A stretch of DNA of 64,000 nucleotides. Origin: Octopus vulgaris (taxonomy: Eukaryota). Where the stretch lies: the NCBI GenBank assembly GCA_951406725.2, contig OX597826.1, positions 25,048,001 through 25,112,000 on the forward strand, given 5' to 3'. A model generated the notes under the pieces. It had not been told where the DNA came from and made no database searches. It worked only from the letters and a program-made list of their open reading frames with translations. Both the position numbers and the translations under genes were made by a program. How positions within the stretch are numbered: position 1 is the stretch's first letter; the number at the start of each line of letters is the position of its first letter. Below, piece after piece: positions 1 to 12,063 of the stretch.

Positions 1-1408
1 TGAGAGAGTGCTGAGATCGCGTATGACTCACTTCCTTGAGAGTCATAATATGCTGAACTCCAACCAGCATGGATTCCGTAATAGAAGAGATTACCTGACG
101 CAGCTACTGCATCATTTTGATGATATTTTCAGAGCCTTGGGAGAGGGTTCCAACACTGATGTCATCTACCTTGATTTCAGCAAGGCCTTTGACAGGGTTG
201 ATCATAAGATCCTTCTGAGAAAGCTGTCCAATATTGGTGTCACTGGAAAGCTGCTGCAGTGGATCAAGTGCTTCCTGTCTAACAGAACCCAACATGTTGT
301 AGTCGAAGGAGTCAAATCCAGCCCAGCCAAAGTCAGCAGTGGTGTCCCACAAGGCACTGTGTTGGGCCCACTTCTCTTCATCATCTACATAAATGATATT
401 ACTGACACCATCAAACACAGTAACATCAGAACCTTCGCTGATGATTCCAAGCTCTAGAAGGTCATCAATGGCGTGGATGACCGAATAAGCCTTCAGTCAA
501 ACCTACTGGCTGTTGTCCAATGGGCGGAAAAGAACAACATGTTGCTAAACGAAGACAAATTCGAACTGATCCATTTTGGAAGGGAGGACGCTCTGAAACT
601 CCCATACTCCCTTCCTTCTGGAGAAATTATCATGGCGTCCAACAACATCAGAGACTTGGGAGTAACAGTGGACAACAACATAAGCTGGGCTACACATATA
701 AGCAGCAAAGTTGACATGGCCCGCAGAATGCGTTCCTGGATTCTCAGAACCTTCCAGTCGAGAGATTCCCACAGTATTATCCTTCTCTTCTCCACTTTTG
801 CCCGACCCCACCTTGAATACTGCTGTCCACTGTGGTCTCCCTACACAAAACAAAATATTATGAGAATTGAAGCTTCCCAAAGGTCAATCACAAAAAAGAT
901 AGATGGCATGTCAGACCTTGACTGCTGGGGTAGACTAGAGAAGCTGAAACTGTAATCACTCCAACGACGCCGTGAACGCTACATTATCTGTATGATGTGG
1001 AAAATATTCCATCAGCACTGTCCGAATGATGTTGGCATCACCTTCAAAATACATCCAAGGCTTGGACCACGTGCCATCCGTCCACAACAAAAATCTAAAT
1101 CGCATCACATAACGACAATACGGCACAATTATTTCACCTCAATTGGACCCGCTCTCTTCAACATTACACCAGGACACGTCAAAACAGAAACTGACCACAC
1201 AAAATTCAAGAAGTCTTTGGACAAATTCCTTCAAACAGTCCTGGAAAAACCACCCACACCCGGATATGTCTCCGCAAACAATAACTCTCTGCTCGAATGG
1301 GCCTCGGTGCCCAAATCCTGAATTGAAAGACTTCGCCAGGTGGTGCTATTAAGTTAGACATGGCCTGGGCCAATACTGGCCAAAACTTTTCTAAGTTATT
1401 CTAAGTTA
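1..1408 (+). mobile_element. CR1/L2-like (Jockey group) LINE: 3' part of reverse transcriptase ORF2 plus 3' UTR, inactivated, cut by the window start
   Basis: ORFs 8-457, 473-955 and 992-1321 share one frame, separated by two nonsense codons. RT motifs: QHGFR, YLDFSKAFDRVDH, GVPQGTVLGPLLF, FADDSKL, RDLGV, RPHLEYC. Ends in a short tandem tail (TTCTAAGTTA)x2 at 1389-1408. Confidence 0.92.
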
Positions 1409-1427
1409 TATAGATATGTTTGGATTA

Positions 1428-1431
<4 letters not shown>

Positions 1432-1497
<66 letters not shown>
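1432..1497. repeat. (TA)n microsatellite, representative of dozens in the window
   Basis: Perfect dinucleotide run. Confidence 0.98.
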
Positions 1498-1500
<3 letters not shown>

Positions 1501-1685
1501 AGACTTTACGATAAAAACAAAAGACGAAGACAGGTGGTGTACAAAACAAACAGGTGTGTATTAGTATAACGCTCAGGAATAGAAAAAGTTTTTTACATTT
1601 CGAGCCTACGTTCTTCTACAGAAAGGGACACAGAAAAAAACAAGGAGGGGAACAAGGAGAGAAAAAATGTGTGTAGTGGCTAATG
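1498..1685 (-). mobile_element. Short Penelope pLTR-like element with a degenerate minimal hammerhead motif (1590-1625)
   Basis: Minus strand reads CTTT-CTGTAGA-A-GAAC-GTAG-GCTC-GAAA-TGTA-AAAA, then the family motif TTCCTGAGCG..TAATAC. Abuts (TA)n. Core is mutated relative to CUGANGA. Confidence 0.55.
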
Positions 1686-1699
1686 CATACATACATACA

Positions 1700-1733
<34 letters not shown>

Positions 1734-2608
1734 AATACATATAAAGTATGTATGTATATATGTTTATACACACACACACACACTCACACATAAATATAGT
1801 AACAATAATAATAATAATCCATGGATGGAATTTATAAATATTTTAATGTATCGTCATGTGCATTTCCACAAATCACATGTATTTGTGACCACAGTCTACA
1901 TTGCTGGGATGATTACAATACAATATGTAATATCCATGGGAATCAGATGGGCCTTTGTTCATGCGTTCATTTCTTCGGGCGATATGGCATTAAAATTGGA
2001 TGTAACATATAGGAGCTTTAATATGCATACTCAAAAACGTTTCCTTTAAATGAGCTTAAAGGATATATATACTTATATACGTATATATATGTGTGTATAT
2101 ATATGTGTATATATATATATATATATCTCGTTGCTCACACGTTATCATCGTCCATCCTTCTTTTCCTCGCGTGACCACTTTTCTTTTTCTGTACGGACGT
2201 TTAAACGAACGGAGGTGGTTTTTTTTATCTCCCTTCTATCTTTTCTCTTTAAAAAAAATGTCTCTCCCACCGTTCACTATTTTCCTCTCTTTCTGCTCTA
2301 ACGACCCTCCATGTTTGTTTTTGTTCGGTTTCCTTGTATGTCATTTTTTTTTTTGTTCCTTACTAAAATTTTTATTTGAGAATTTATGGAAGCAACTGTC
2401 TTTGAAGACTCATATTGTCGTTGAATGTTCGAAATGCGGAGTAGATAGAAAGCCGACAATTGATGAAGGGTCCTTCCTCTGTGTCAACCTGTCCTGTTTT
2501 CCATATTTTCCTCGTTGCTTACGTATTTCACTCGTCTTTGCCTCGTTTGTTCACGTATTTCATGCTATTTGCTCCGTTGATGACGTCCTGTACCTATATA
2601 TGCATGTG

Positions 2609-2652
<44 letters not shown>

Positions 2653-3345
2653 CACACACATACATAATTTATTATTTATTATTTAATCGAACGCGACGCA
2701 TCCATTTCCAAGTATATATATATATATATATACATATATGCTTTGGTTTTTGGTAAGCAGCGTTGATTTTTACAATTCTGTAAACAATAATAATTAATAT
2801 TCTATAAGCTTAAAGTTTATAAGCAATCACTGTGCAGTGACCAAAGAAAATAGTCTAATATTGGGGCATATAAGCCCTTGACGAAAGGTTTCCCGTACGC
2901 GTGGGATCGGAAGGAGAAAATTTTCTTTTAAACCTGTAAACTACTATTATTATTACAAAGGCGACTTATACTATTATTTATTTACAATCATCTCATTGTT
3001 TGCTAATCTAATATCTTGGTGAATGTATTCGTGGAATCATGGGGCTGAGATGCTAGTGTTGCTGTTGGTGGTGTTTGAAGCTCTTATATAGAATTACCCG
3101 CCAAAAACTGCGAGATTAGTCATAGAAGCTCTATTAATAGCGAAACACAACGAGAATATTTACACACGAATAGCACATTCTATTAACAAAAAAATGTACG
3201 AGCTGTGTTGCCGCATCTCTGAGTTTTATTCTTCCTCTCGCAGTAACCTTGAGAGTTATATAAAAGCGTCATCGATTTTTTTCCCGAAGTCTCGATAGCG
3301 CGTGAGATTTCACATATTATTCTGCTATAAGGATAATTCCATTAA

Positions 3346-3770
3346 GGTGGCGATCTGGCAGAATCTTTGGCATGTCGAACGAAATGCTCAATGTCATTTC
3401 TTTTGGCTTTACGTTCAAATTCAAATTTCGCCGAGGTCGATTTTGCCTTGCATATTTTTGAGATCGATACAATAAGTACCAGTTAAACACTGGGGCGATA
3501 TAATCGATTTGCTCCGCTTCCCCAAAATTGCAGGCCTTGTACCTACAGTAGAAAGGATTGTAATTATTATCAGGGCAGCAAGCTGGCAGAATGCTTAGCG
3601 GCATTTCGGCCGTCTTTACATTCTGAGTTCAAATTCCGCCTAGGTCGACTTCGCCTTTCATCCTTTCAGGACCGATAAAATATGTCCAAACGGAGCACTG
3701 AGGTCAATGGTATTGACAAACCCTTCCCGCCAAAATTTCAGACCCTGTGTCGATAGTAAAAAGGATTATT
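3346..3770 (+). mobile_element. Two tandem tRNA-derived SINEs with a Nin-like central domain
   Basis: A-box-like TGGCAGAAT, B-box-like GAGTTCAAATTC, central GTCGACTTCGCCTTTCATCCTTTC..CGATAAAA, tail AGTAGAAAGGATT. Homologous to the TSD-flanked copy at 20939-21150. Confidence 0.8.
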
Positions 3771-5239
3771 ATAATTCCATTCACATTTTGGTTTCAAATT
3801 TTGGTACAAGGCTACTAATTTTAGAGAAGGACCTAAATCGATTACATCGACCTCAACTGATAGTTATTTCATCGACCACGAATGGGATGAAAGTCGACCT
3901 AGACGGAATTTGAAATCAGAACATGAAGACAAAATGCCTCTAAGCTAACGATGCTCACTGCCTTATTCCATTCAAATATAGAATACATATTACCAGAATC
4001 GATCTGAATACTTGACTGGTATCGTACTTTTAACGATTCTGAAAAAGATGTAAAATTGAATTCACCTCCGTAGGATTTGAACTCCTAACGTAACTGGATG
4101 TATTTCGTCCAGCGCTCTAATGATTCTGCCATTCTTGAACAAGTCTCGAAAGCTAATAGTGGAATTTCTAGGCGGCTGCACAACTTGCTGGAAATAGCAA
4201 TCAAATCTCCTAATTTCAGACACTACCGTCTAACAAAGGAATGTATATGTTATCTACGCGAAATGTAACGACTGGACGCTATTTGAACGCTGATGATTTT
4301 GTGCAGCTAACGGGATGTTTAACCTGATTTGGCGACAGTACGTATTGACGCGCGCATGCATTCCAAGGCACACACAGGCAAAAATATACACTTACAGGAA
4401 AAAGAACGTGTGTCTGAGAGAGAGGAGAGAAAGAAGACAGAGAGAGGAAAGAAAGAATACAGAGGAAAGAAAGAAGAGAGGGAGGAGAGAAAGAAGAGAG
4501 AAAGGGAGGAGAGAAAGAAGAGAGAGGGAGTGAGAAGAGAAAAAAGAGAGAGAGGGAGGAGAGAAAGAAGAGAGAATGAGAGAATTATAGTTTATTAATT
4601 GAACACGATTGACATAAACATTTTCTTTTTCTCCATGCACATAGCGAAATATGCCCACACAGAGGAGGGAAGGAGGGAGGGAGAGAGGGAGAAAATGAGA
4701 GAAACATAAATAAAAGCGTCTCATGTCAAATAAGTCAGCGTCGAATCAGCGATGCCAGTTGGACAGCGCCAAAGTTGCTGCGCAAAAACGATTCATACGC
4801 TTATTTAAGCAAGTCGTGGAGGTAATGTCCAAGGCGAGGATTGACAGGATTGTCCCGAGTGGATTTTCGGTGGAAAGCTGAGAATCCGACACATATAAAT
4901 CGCAAACACCAGACCTATGAATCGTGTCTATTCGCTAAAGTCAACCGGCTGTGTGTGTATACGTGTGTTTTTGCATGTATGTGTGCGTATAAGCCCGACA
5001 GATTAAGTACCAAGCCTAAAAGAATATAAGTCCTGGGGTCCGTTTCGTTCGGCTAAAATTCTCCAAGACGGTGCCCCAGCATGGTCGCAGTCTAAAGACA
5101 GAAATAAGTAAAAGATGAAAGATTAAAGATAAATGATAAAAGATTTATTAAAGATATATTTAATAAACACCAAAGACATTTATATTAAAGATGCATTGAC
5201 ATTCTAAATTAAATATATTAAAGATAGATAACCTAGATG

Positions 5240-5306
5240 TTTCGACCAAAGATTAGTCCAGGCCATGTCTAACTTAATAGCATTACCTGAGTAACTTAAT
5301 AGCACC
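5240..5306 (-). mobile_element. 3' UTR fragment of the same CR1/L2-like LINE family as 1-1408
   Basis: CCAGGCCATGTCTAACTTAATAGCA is the reverse complement of the LINE 3' UTR near 1343-1368. Confidence 0.7.
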
Positions 5307-5319
5307 GCAAAGTTACATA

Positions 5320-5863
5320 TGAGGGGGAGTCAAAAAGTAATGCCATTTTGTTTAGGACAGCTATAATTACCAACACAGGGACATGTATCATACATCAGAA
5401 TGAAGCTGGCCCTCTGTGGATCACATTACTACTTCTCAACATAGTCACCGTTTCTCTCAATAGCAATGTTCCACCTTCGAATGAGAGCATGTATCCCTGC
5501 CCTGTAAAATTCAGTTGACTGTTCTTTGAGCCACTTCTTCACTACAGTTTTCACTTCCTCGTCACTGGAATAGAGTTGGCCTCTCAAATCCTCTTTCGTG
5601 GCGCCGAAGAGATGATAGTCTGAAGGCGCTAAATCTGGTGAGTGTGGAGGTAGTGAAGAAGTGGTTCAAAGAATAGGCAACAGAATTTTGCGGGGCAGGG
5701 ATACATAATCTCATTCGAGGGTGGAACATTGCTATTGAGAGAAACGGTGAATATGTTGAGAAGTAGGGATGTGATCCACAGAGGACTAGCTTCATTTTGA
5801 TGTATGATACATGTAATTATACTTGTCCTAAACAAAATGGCATTACTTTTTGACTCCCCCTCG
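5320..5863. mobile_element. Mariner-derived fold-back MITE with about 230-bp inverted arms
   Basis: Termini TA|TGAGGGGGAGTCAAAAAGTAATGCC and GGCATTACTTTTTGACTCCCCCTCG|TG. Both arms translate as a decayed mariner transposase C-terminus (VKKWFKE...RWNIAIERNGEYVEK*). Confidence 0.85.
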
Positions 5864-6604
5864 TGTGTGTATATATATATAACATTAATATTGTCTGATC
5901 CGTTATTATATATATAAAACATTAATATTCTGATCCGTTATTTATATTTCGTTAAAAACAACGAATTTTCTTCGTCCATACACCTTCTTTGATCTCTCTT
6001 TATCTTACTTTCTGTCCCATATTTTGCTTCTTATTCTCTTCTATCATCATGATACATACCTATAAGCATTGGCAACCACGGACCTCCTCGCCAAAACCTG
6101 AAGAGCCATGATTTTTCTTGGGAAAGATACAACATTGGTTTCCATTTACCTGCTGTTAGTTTATTTATAGTTTTTACTCTGCTAGTCTCCTGTTCCTCTC
6201 AAGCTTACCCTCAAGACACAGGGTCTTTTTAACCCTTAGACAGGATTAGGACTCGCGGCACAGACCATACCCACACATCGGTGATCATGCATGATGCTAG
6301 CCTTGAAGGCCAACCCTTTTCTGAGCCCTACTTGCCTTCGCTACATGGCCATTTACTACTATTTGACCCATAACTGGGCCCTTGACAGATTCTAATACAA
6401 CGGGCTAGAGCGGACCTAGGAGTAAACGTCTGAACTCCCGAGTTGGAGCCTCACCACTGTATGCATGTAAAGTTTTGTTCAGGACAATAATATGTTGGTG
6501 AATGTATTTGTGGAATTAAGGGGCCGAGAGGATTATGTTGTTGTGTTTGATGGTTCTTATATAGAATTCCCATCCAAAACCAAAAGATTAATCATAGACG
6601 CTCT

Positions 6605-6890
6605 ATCTCATCTCATTTCATCTTTGCCCACATAGTCGTGCAAGGGACGTGGGGAGAAGAGTCTTCAAACACACTTTCCATCGGGTCCTGTCAGAAGTAT
6701 CGGTTTCCAGTTGATCTAGCTTGATTTGCAAGCGAAACAACCCAAGCTTAGGGATGTTATACAACCATCTTGCTTGTGGTCTGCTCCTACGTCTCATGCC
6801 TGCTGGTTTTTGCCCGTCAAAACCTGCTCGCGGTTCTTTCCCGAGACATTCTTACCACATGTTCATCATTACAACTAGCTCCATCTACAT
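6605..6890 (-). mobile_element. RTE-clade LINE 3' end fragment
   Basis: Minus-strand translation HVVRMSRER...GMRRRSRPQARW...DRTRWKV resembles the RTE ORF C-terminus (GHVxRM...GRPxxRW...DRxxW). Degenerate. Confidence 0.65.
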
Positions 6891-7349
6891 CAAAAATTAA
6901 GCTACAAGGCAAATAAATCTTATATGAATTTGTTAAATTATCACAATATTTCTGTGTTTCATTGTTGATGCCAATTATAGCTTCATCGATTAATTTTGTT
7001 TTCTTGATTTAATTTAGAAAACCGAAATTATTGATCATCTCGAAGTTTCAACATTATCCTAAGTATTGATTTTAAATAGGCTGAAAGACTACCTCAAAAT
7101 ATCTAATTTACTGGAAATAGTAACAAATTGCCCTAATTATACCATTAATAAACGTAGCCATCACTCGCAAGCGGATATGATTTAGTAGCATGTACCATCC
7201 TTTCGCTAATACTTTTAGGTGCCTATGTTGTCGCTAGCTGACGTAGACACATTGTCGGACCTCCCCGACTTAGTGGAACATCGTGGATATGACTGCTGAA
7301 GAGACCGAATGCTGCACCGTAATCAGCTGTGTACGTAAAAACTTGCATT

Positions 7350-7736
7350 AGACACCAACTTACCTCATTCATTTTGTTTCTAAACCAAATACCAATGGTT
7401 TCAGACAGTATATTTTTTTAGTGATGCGTTTCTCAAACAAACTTTTCACACCCGATACCATCTTTCACTAAGTATATCTTGTCTTTGATTTTCTCGAAAA
7501 TAAGTTCCTTTGCACAGATACGAAAAAAATTTTTTTTTTCACCAGTGCCAGTTGTAATGTACTTTTGGAAGGGTTTTTAAAAAAAAATTAGTGAATAGGA
7601 AAATACCTGTTGAATAGTAAATATAAGTTAAATAGTAAATATTTGTTGAAAAACCGGATGAAAAATTCTAACGTCACCATTTTGAATTTTGTTCTTTTCA
7701 ACACACTAACACTTATTTCCGGTTTAAAACACAGCT
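7350..7736 (+). repeat. Left copy of an approximately 400-bp inverted repeat pair (partner 9740-10140)
   Basis: CTCAAACAAACTTTTCACACC-GATACCATCTTTCACTA and flanking blocks recur reverse-complemented at 9740-10140. Confidence 0.8.
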
Positions 7737-7899
7737 GTGTTCGTATATTAATAAATAATTTAGCATTGTTTTAGATATGACGTAATGATTTGTGGGCATG
7801 ATAAACAGATTTTTCTTGTAAATATACTGTATGGAATTATTAGCTACTTTGCTTTCGAAACACCTGCACCCGTATGCACATAAATAAACGTTAAGAGCT

Positions 7900-7950
<51 letters not shown>

Positions 7951-7952
<2 letters not shown>

Positions 7953-8300
7953 ATAATAATAAAGGGTAAAATTAATTAATTAATAATTTTACCAAGTAGT
8001 TCGGTATGTTAAAAGAACCATTATTGGTAAACTTAAACAAAAATTCTTATAATTATGAGAATAATTATAATTAGGGTTCAGCAAAGAATTTGCTTCACCA
8101 CATACCGAAATTTAGAAATAGCAGCCAAAATTAGCTATTTCTCTACCATAAGAAAATTTCCCAGACAACAATACTCAACAACCCGCGCAGGCAAAGAGAA
8201 AAAATAACGAATTCACTCGGTTTAGATTAACTGTAGACGCGTTTCGGAGTTAGATAGATATGAAAATTTTGGCTGCTATTTCTAATTTTCGGTATGTGGT
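7951..8300 (-). mobile_element. Penelope pLTR-like fragment with only the 3' half of a hammerhead and a short inverted segment
   Basis: Minus strand CCGAAA-CGCG-TC-TACAG near 8231-8247. ACCACATACCGAAATTTAGAAATAGCAGCCAAAATT (about 8097-8132) recurs inverted at about 8265-8300. Abuts (TA)n. Confidence 0.5.
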
Positions 8301-8458
8301 ATATCTTGCATGCTGGTGTAATCTACTTTGGCTGGCTTTCAGAAAGACGTGTACATTATATAAAGCATAAATACCCGCTAAATTTTCTATATTCCTTATA
8401 CATACATACATACATACATACATACATACACACATATACACATACATACATACATACA

Positions 8459-8503
<45 letters not shown>

Positions 8504-9279
8504 GTATGTATATGTATGTATATGTATATGATCTTTTTTATGAAGGTTTGAATCATAGCAGGTGACGGGTGTAGATTTTGGAACTGGAAAGGAAAATAAG
8601 AATACAACTGACAAGGATCGGCAATTCCTCATTGTATTGGCTCATTTTAAATTTCTTTTATATATCTGCCCATAGCCCATATATATTTATATATTACGCA
8701 TAAAAATATCCCAGCATTTAAAGCCACCCCGCCGCCACCATCTCCAGTTGAGTTGACAGGAGAAACTTAAAATGAAGTAATTGCTGAAAGCCACAGCACG
8801 TTGTCCGATCCAGGAATCAAACCAAAGAAATCATGATTGCGACCGAACGCTCTAACCGCTAGGCAGGCCAAGCGCCCTTAAAATTGTATGATAAGTGTTG
8901 ATAGACAAACCCTAGTTATACGGAATAAAGTAAAACAAAATGATCACAGACCAGAGTCGACCCGGTAGGGTACAGTTACAACTAAAACAAACAACAATGA
9001 AAACAATAGCTGCCATAGAGATATGTCTGCAAGCTTTAAACTTTTATACTTTTTTTATCGACCTTAATCAAGTGAAAGGGGACCTATGCACACGTGCACC
9101 GTCTATGTGTATTTATATATATAGATAGGTGTCTGAGTGTGTAAGTGCATCCTTACAGCATACAACCAACAACAACTTGAAGTTGGTCCTAAGTATTGTA
9201 GGCTCAGTACCCGGGCCTATCCCGTGATACTACATGTTGACATACTAAGATTCAAATGAATCTTGCAACTGATCTTTAT

Positions 9280-9311
<32 letters not shown>

Positions 9312-9346
9312 ACACACATATATATATATATATATGTATGTGTATG

Positions 9347-9386
<40 letters not shown>

Positions 9387-9739
9387 TATATTTATATATA
9401 TACACACATTCATATATATATATATATATATATACAAACAAACATTCACATACAAGCACGCACATTCACAGACGGACAGACAGACACACACACTCACACG
9501 CACACACACACACACACAAACTCTTACCATTTATTTATATGTGTTTATGTGGGTGCTGTAGTTTTCGAAAGCAAGTAGCTAATGTTTCCACACAATATAT
9601 GTCATAAGTAAAATTAAAAGCAAAAGCGAAAAAAAAAAAAAAACTTAAATGAAATCATTTATTAAACCGACATGCCATTATGCTATACCTAAAACAATGC
9701 TAAATTGTTTATTAATATGTGAACACACCATTAAACACG

Positions 9740-10140
9740 AGCTGTGTTCCAAACCGGAAGTAAGTTAGCTGTGTTTGAGGCGTGTACATTATATAAAGCA
9801 TAAATACCCGCTAAATTTCTGTCTATACTCGCAAAAATTCAAAATGGTGGCACTGGAATATCTCATCTGTTTCTTCAACAGATATTTTCCTATTCACCAA
9901 AGAGAAAGACATTCCGAAAATACAACGTTGCACCTAGCACTGGAGAAAAAGTATTATATTTTTCGTATCCGTTCAAAGAAACTACTTTTTATTCTAGAAA
10001 GCCGAAAACAAACTATACGTAGTGAAAGATGGTATCAGGTGTGAAAAGTTTGTTTGAGAATGGCATCACTAAAAAAATATACTATCTAAAATCATTGGTG
10101 TTTGGTTTAAAAACAAAACGAATGAGATATGTTGGTATCT
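9740..10140 (-). repeat. Right copy of the approximately 400-bp inverted repeat pair (partner 7350-7736)
   Basis: Reverse complement aligns block by block with 7350-7736. Confidence 0.8.
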
Positions 10141-10653
10141 GAGTCTGGTATCAGTGTCCATGCGATAATGTAAAACTATTACTTTGGTGAATCTTAATAA
10201 CCAATCAAATTTGCTAAATTTTATTCATACATAAAGTGTCTGAGACCATATTATCGAACAGATGTTTCTTATTGAAGGAATTGCCTGCTATTCTTAGCAG
10301 TTTGAGTGACTAGATAAAAGCCCCTCATTGGTTCGTTATAATGTACATACCTTATTGTAGTGCGTTTTAGTTGTGACTATTGCTTAGTTCCTGGGCAGCT
10401 ATATTGAACATACTTATCAATAACGTTCTAGCTCTAACTACATCAGCTATTTTTCCTTTCGCAACTATTATTAACAGATTTATGTCTCAAAAGCCTTCAA
10501 ATCGGAATCCAATAGATTGCAATCAGTTTTGTCCGGAAAAGATGTAGCTTTTAAACCTTTGATTCGAATACAGTTACTTTTGATTATATTATTTAGTAGA
10601 TATTATAGTATTTGTATATAATTACAATTATTTGCATTTAATTATAATTATAA

Positions 10654-10815
10654 GGAGCAGTCGTGACCGTGCAGTAAGAAGTTTGCTTTCCAATCACAAG
10701 GTTCCGCATTCAGTCCCAATGCGTGGCACCTTGAGTAGGTGTCTTCAACTGTAGCCTCGGGCTGACTAAAGCTTTGTTAGTGGATCTGGTTGACGGAAGC
10801 TGAAAGAAGCCCGTC

Positions 10816-10820
<5 letters not shown>
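10654..10820 (+). mobile_element. tRNA-derived SINE, 5' half (family with an internal microsatellite)
   Basis: Homologous to 13074-13240: GTAAGAAGTTTGC...CAGTCCCAATGCGTGGCACCTTG...GGAAGCTGAAAGAAGCCCGTCG. Confidence 0.8.
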
Positions 10821-10846
<26 letters not shown>

Positions 10847-10850
10847 ACAA

Positions 10851-11084
10851 AATGAAGCCGGCTGTTCCTGCAGAGTTAAAAATGTGTGCCTGCTAAATGG
10901 AGCTTGTATGGCCAAGGCTATCATTTATAAAGCCACCATAGACTCTACAACCACTAAGGACAGTTTCGTCAAAGAAATATATGGTTCTCACAGGGGAAAA
11001 TTTTAAAGCCAGGTTCAACAATCACACCTTAAGCTTCAGACACTGGGATAAAAGGAAAGCAACCAAATTATCCAAATTTAAATG
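10851..11084 (+). pseudogene. Penelope-like element GIY-YIG endonuclease fragment, frameshifted
   Basis: Translates as GCSCRVKNVCLLNGACMAKAIIYKATI.../KYMVLTGENFKARFNNHTLSFRH...ATKLSK. This matches the CxCR..CPLxGxC..(V/I)YKA..YIGLT..FKxRxNNH..SFR pattern of PLE endonucleases. Absent from the ORF track. Confidence 0.8.
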
Positions 11085-11829
11085 ACAACAACAAAAATCA
11101 ACGAGCCACAATCTCCGCTGGTTTGCTTGCTAGTCACCGCTCAACTCATGGGTACAAGCAACTATTTCTTCACCGAATCGTTACTGGCGACGAAAAATGG
11201 TGCCTGTACATCAATATGAAGCAGCGTAAGGAATGGCTTAGCCCCAGTAAACAAGAGACACCGCGTGTGAAACAAGATCTTCATCCGCATAAATCGATGT
11301 TGTGCGTATGGTGGGACTGGGAAGGGATTATCCATTACGAATTGCTTGAACGGAATCAAATGATCAACGCGGAACTCTAAGTTCAACAGATGGAACGACT
11401 CAACGCGGCTATTCAAGAGAAAAGACCTAATCAGCAGCATGTAGTTCTTCTGCTGTACGAGAACGCCCGCCCTCATTTCGCCAATATGACCAAGGAAGCC
11501 ATTCAAACGCATGGCTGGGAAGTGCTGCCACACCCGTCGTACTCTCCTGATTTGGCACCAACGGATTTTCACCTCTTTCGATCGCTTTCAAATGCTATGC
11601 GCGGAGTTTCGTTCAATACTGATGCAGAATTTAAACCTTAGATGGATCAATTTTTCGAGTCGAAATTGAGTGATTTCTACCATCAAGGTATTGAAAATTT
11701 TGTTGAATGTTGGGAAGAAGTTGTAAACAACAAGGGTGAATACATTATTGATTAATTTGCTATTTTTTAATAAACCTCTTTAAAAATTTGAATTTAAAAA
11801 ACGGCGGGAACTTAGTTGGCAACCTAATA
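11076..11829 (+). mobile_element. Mariner (D,D34D) transposon, 5'-truncated, transposase pseudogene with right TIR
   Basis: IVTGDEKW, LCVWWD, YENARPH (for HDNARPH), YSPDLAPTDFHLF, with 34 residues between the second and third catalytic positions. In-frame stops at 11378-11380 and 11639-11641. TIR ...ACGGCGGGAACTTAGTTGGCAACCTAA followed by TA. Confidence 0.93.
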
Positions 11830-11943
11830 TATTTAAAATCCCCACCCCTCCCAAAAAATGAAGAACAAACACAAAAAAAAAACAACGCGAGGATGTGATA
11901 CATGTAAAGTATTAGCAGACGCTCAGGGAAGGAAAGAAAGGTG

Positions 11944-11978
11944 GTTTAACGTTTCGAGCAAAGCTATTCTTCAGAAAC
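11944..11978 (-). ncRNA. Minimal type I hammerhead ribozyme motif within a short repeat (about 11860-12012)
   Basis: GTTT-CTGAAGA-A-TAGC-TTT-GCTC-GAAA-CGTT-AAAC. Intact CUGANGA/GAAA/UH core, 4-bp helix I (GTTT/AAAC), short helix II with one mismatch, palindromic ACGT in place of helix III. Confidence 0.72.
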
Positions 11979-12010
11979 AGAGGAAAGTCCAATAGAAAAG
12001 GAAGATGGAG

Positions 12011-12063
<53 letters not shown>

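Noticed and set aside
2455-2490. TTGATGAAGGG as a hammerhead 5' core
   Set aside because: No GAAA or UH follows the putative helix II.
5876-5945. Short tandem duplication AACATTAATATT..CTGATCCGTTATT
   Set aside because: Local two-copy slippage next to a MITE, with no further structure.
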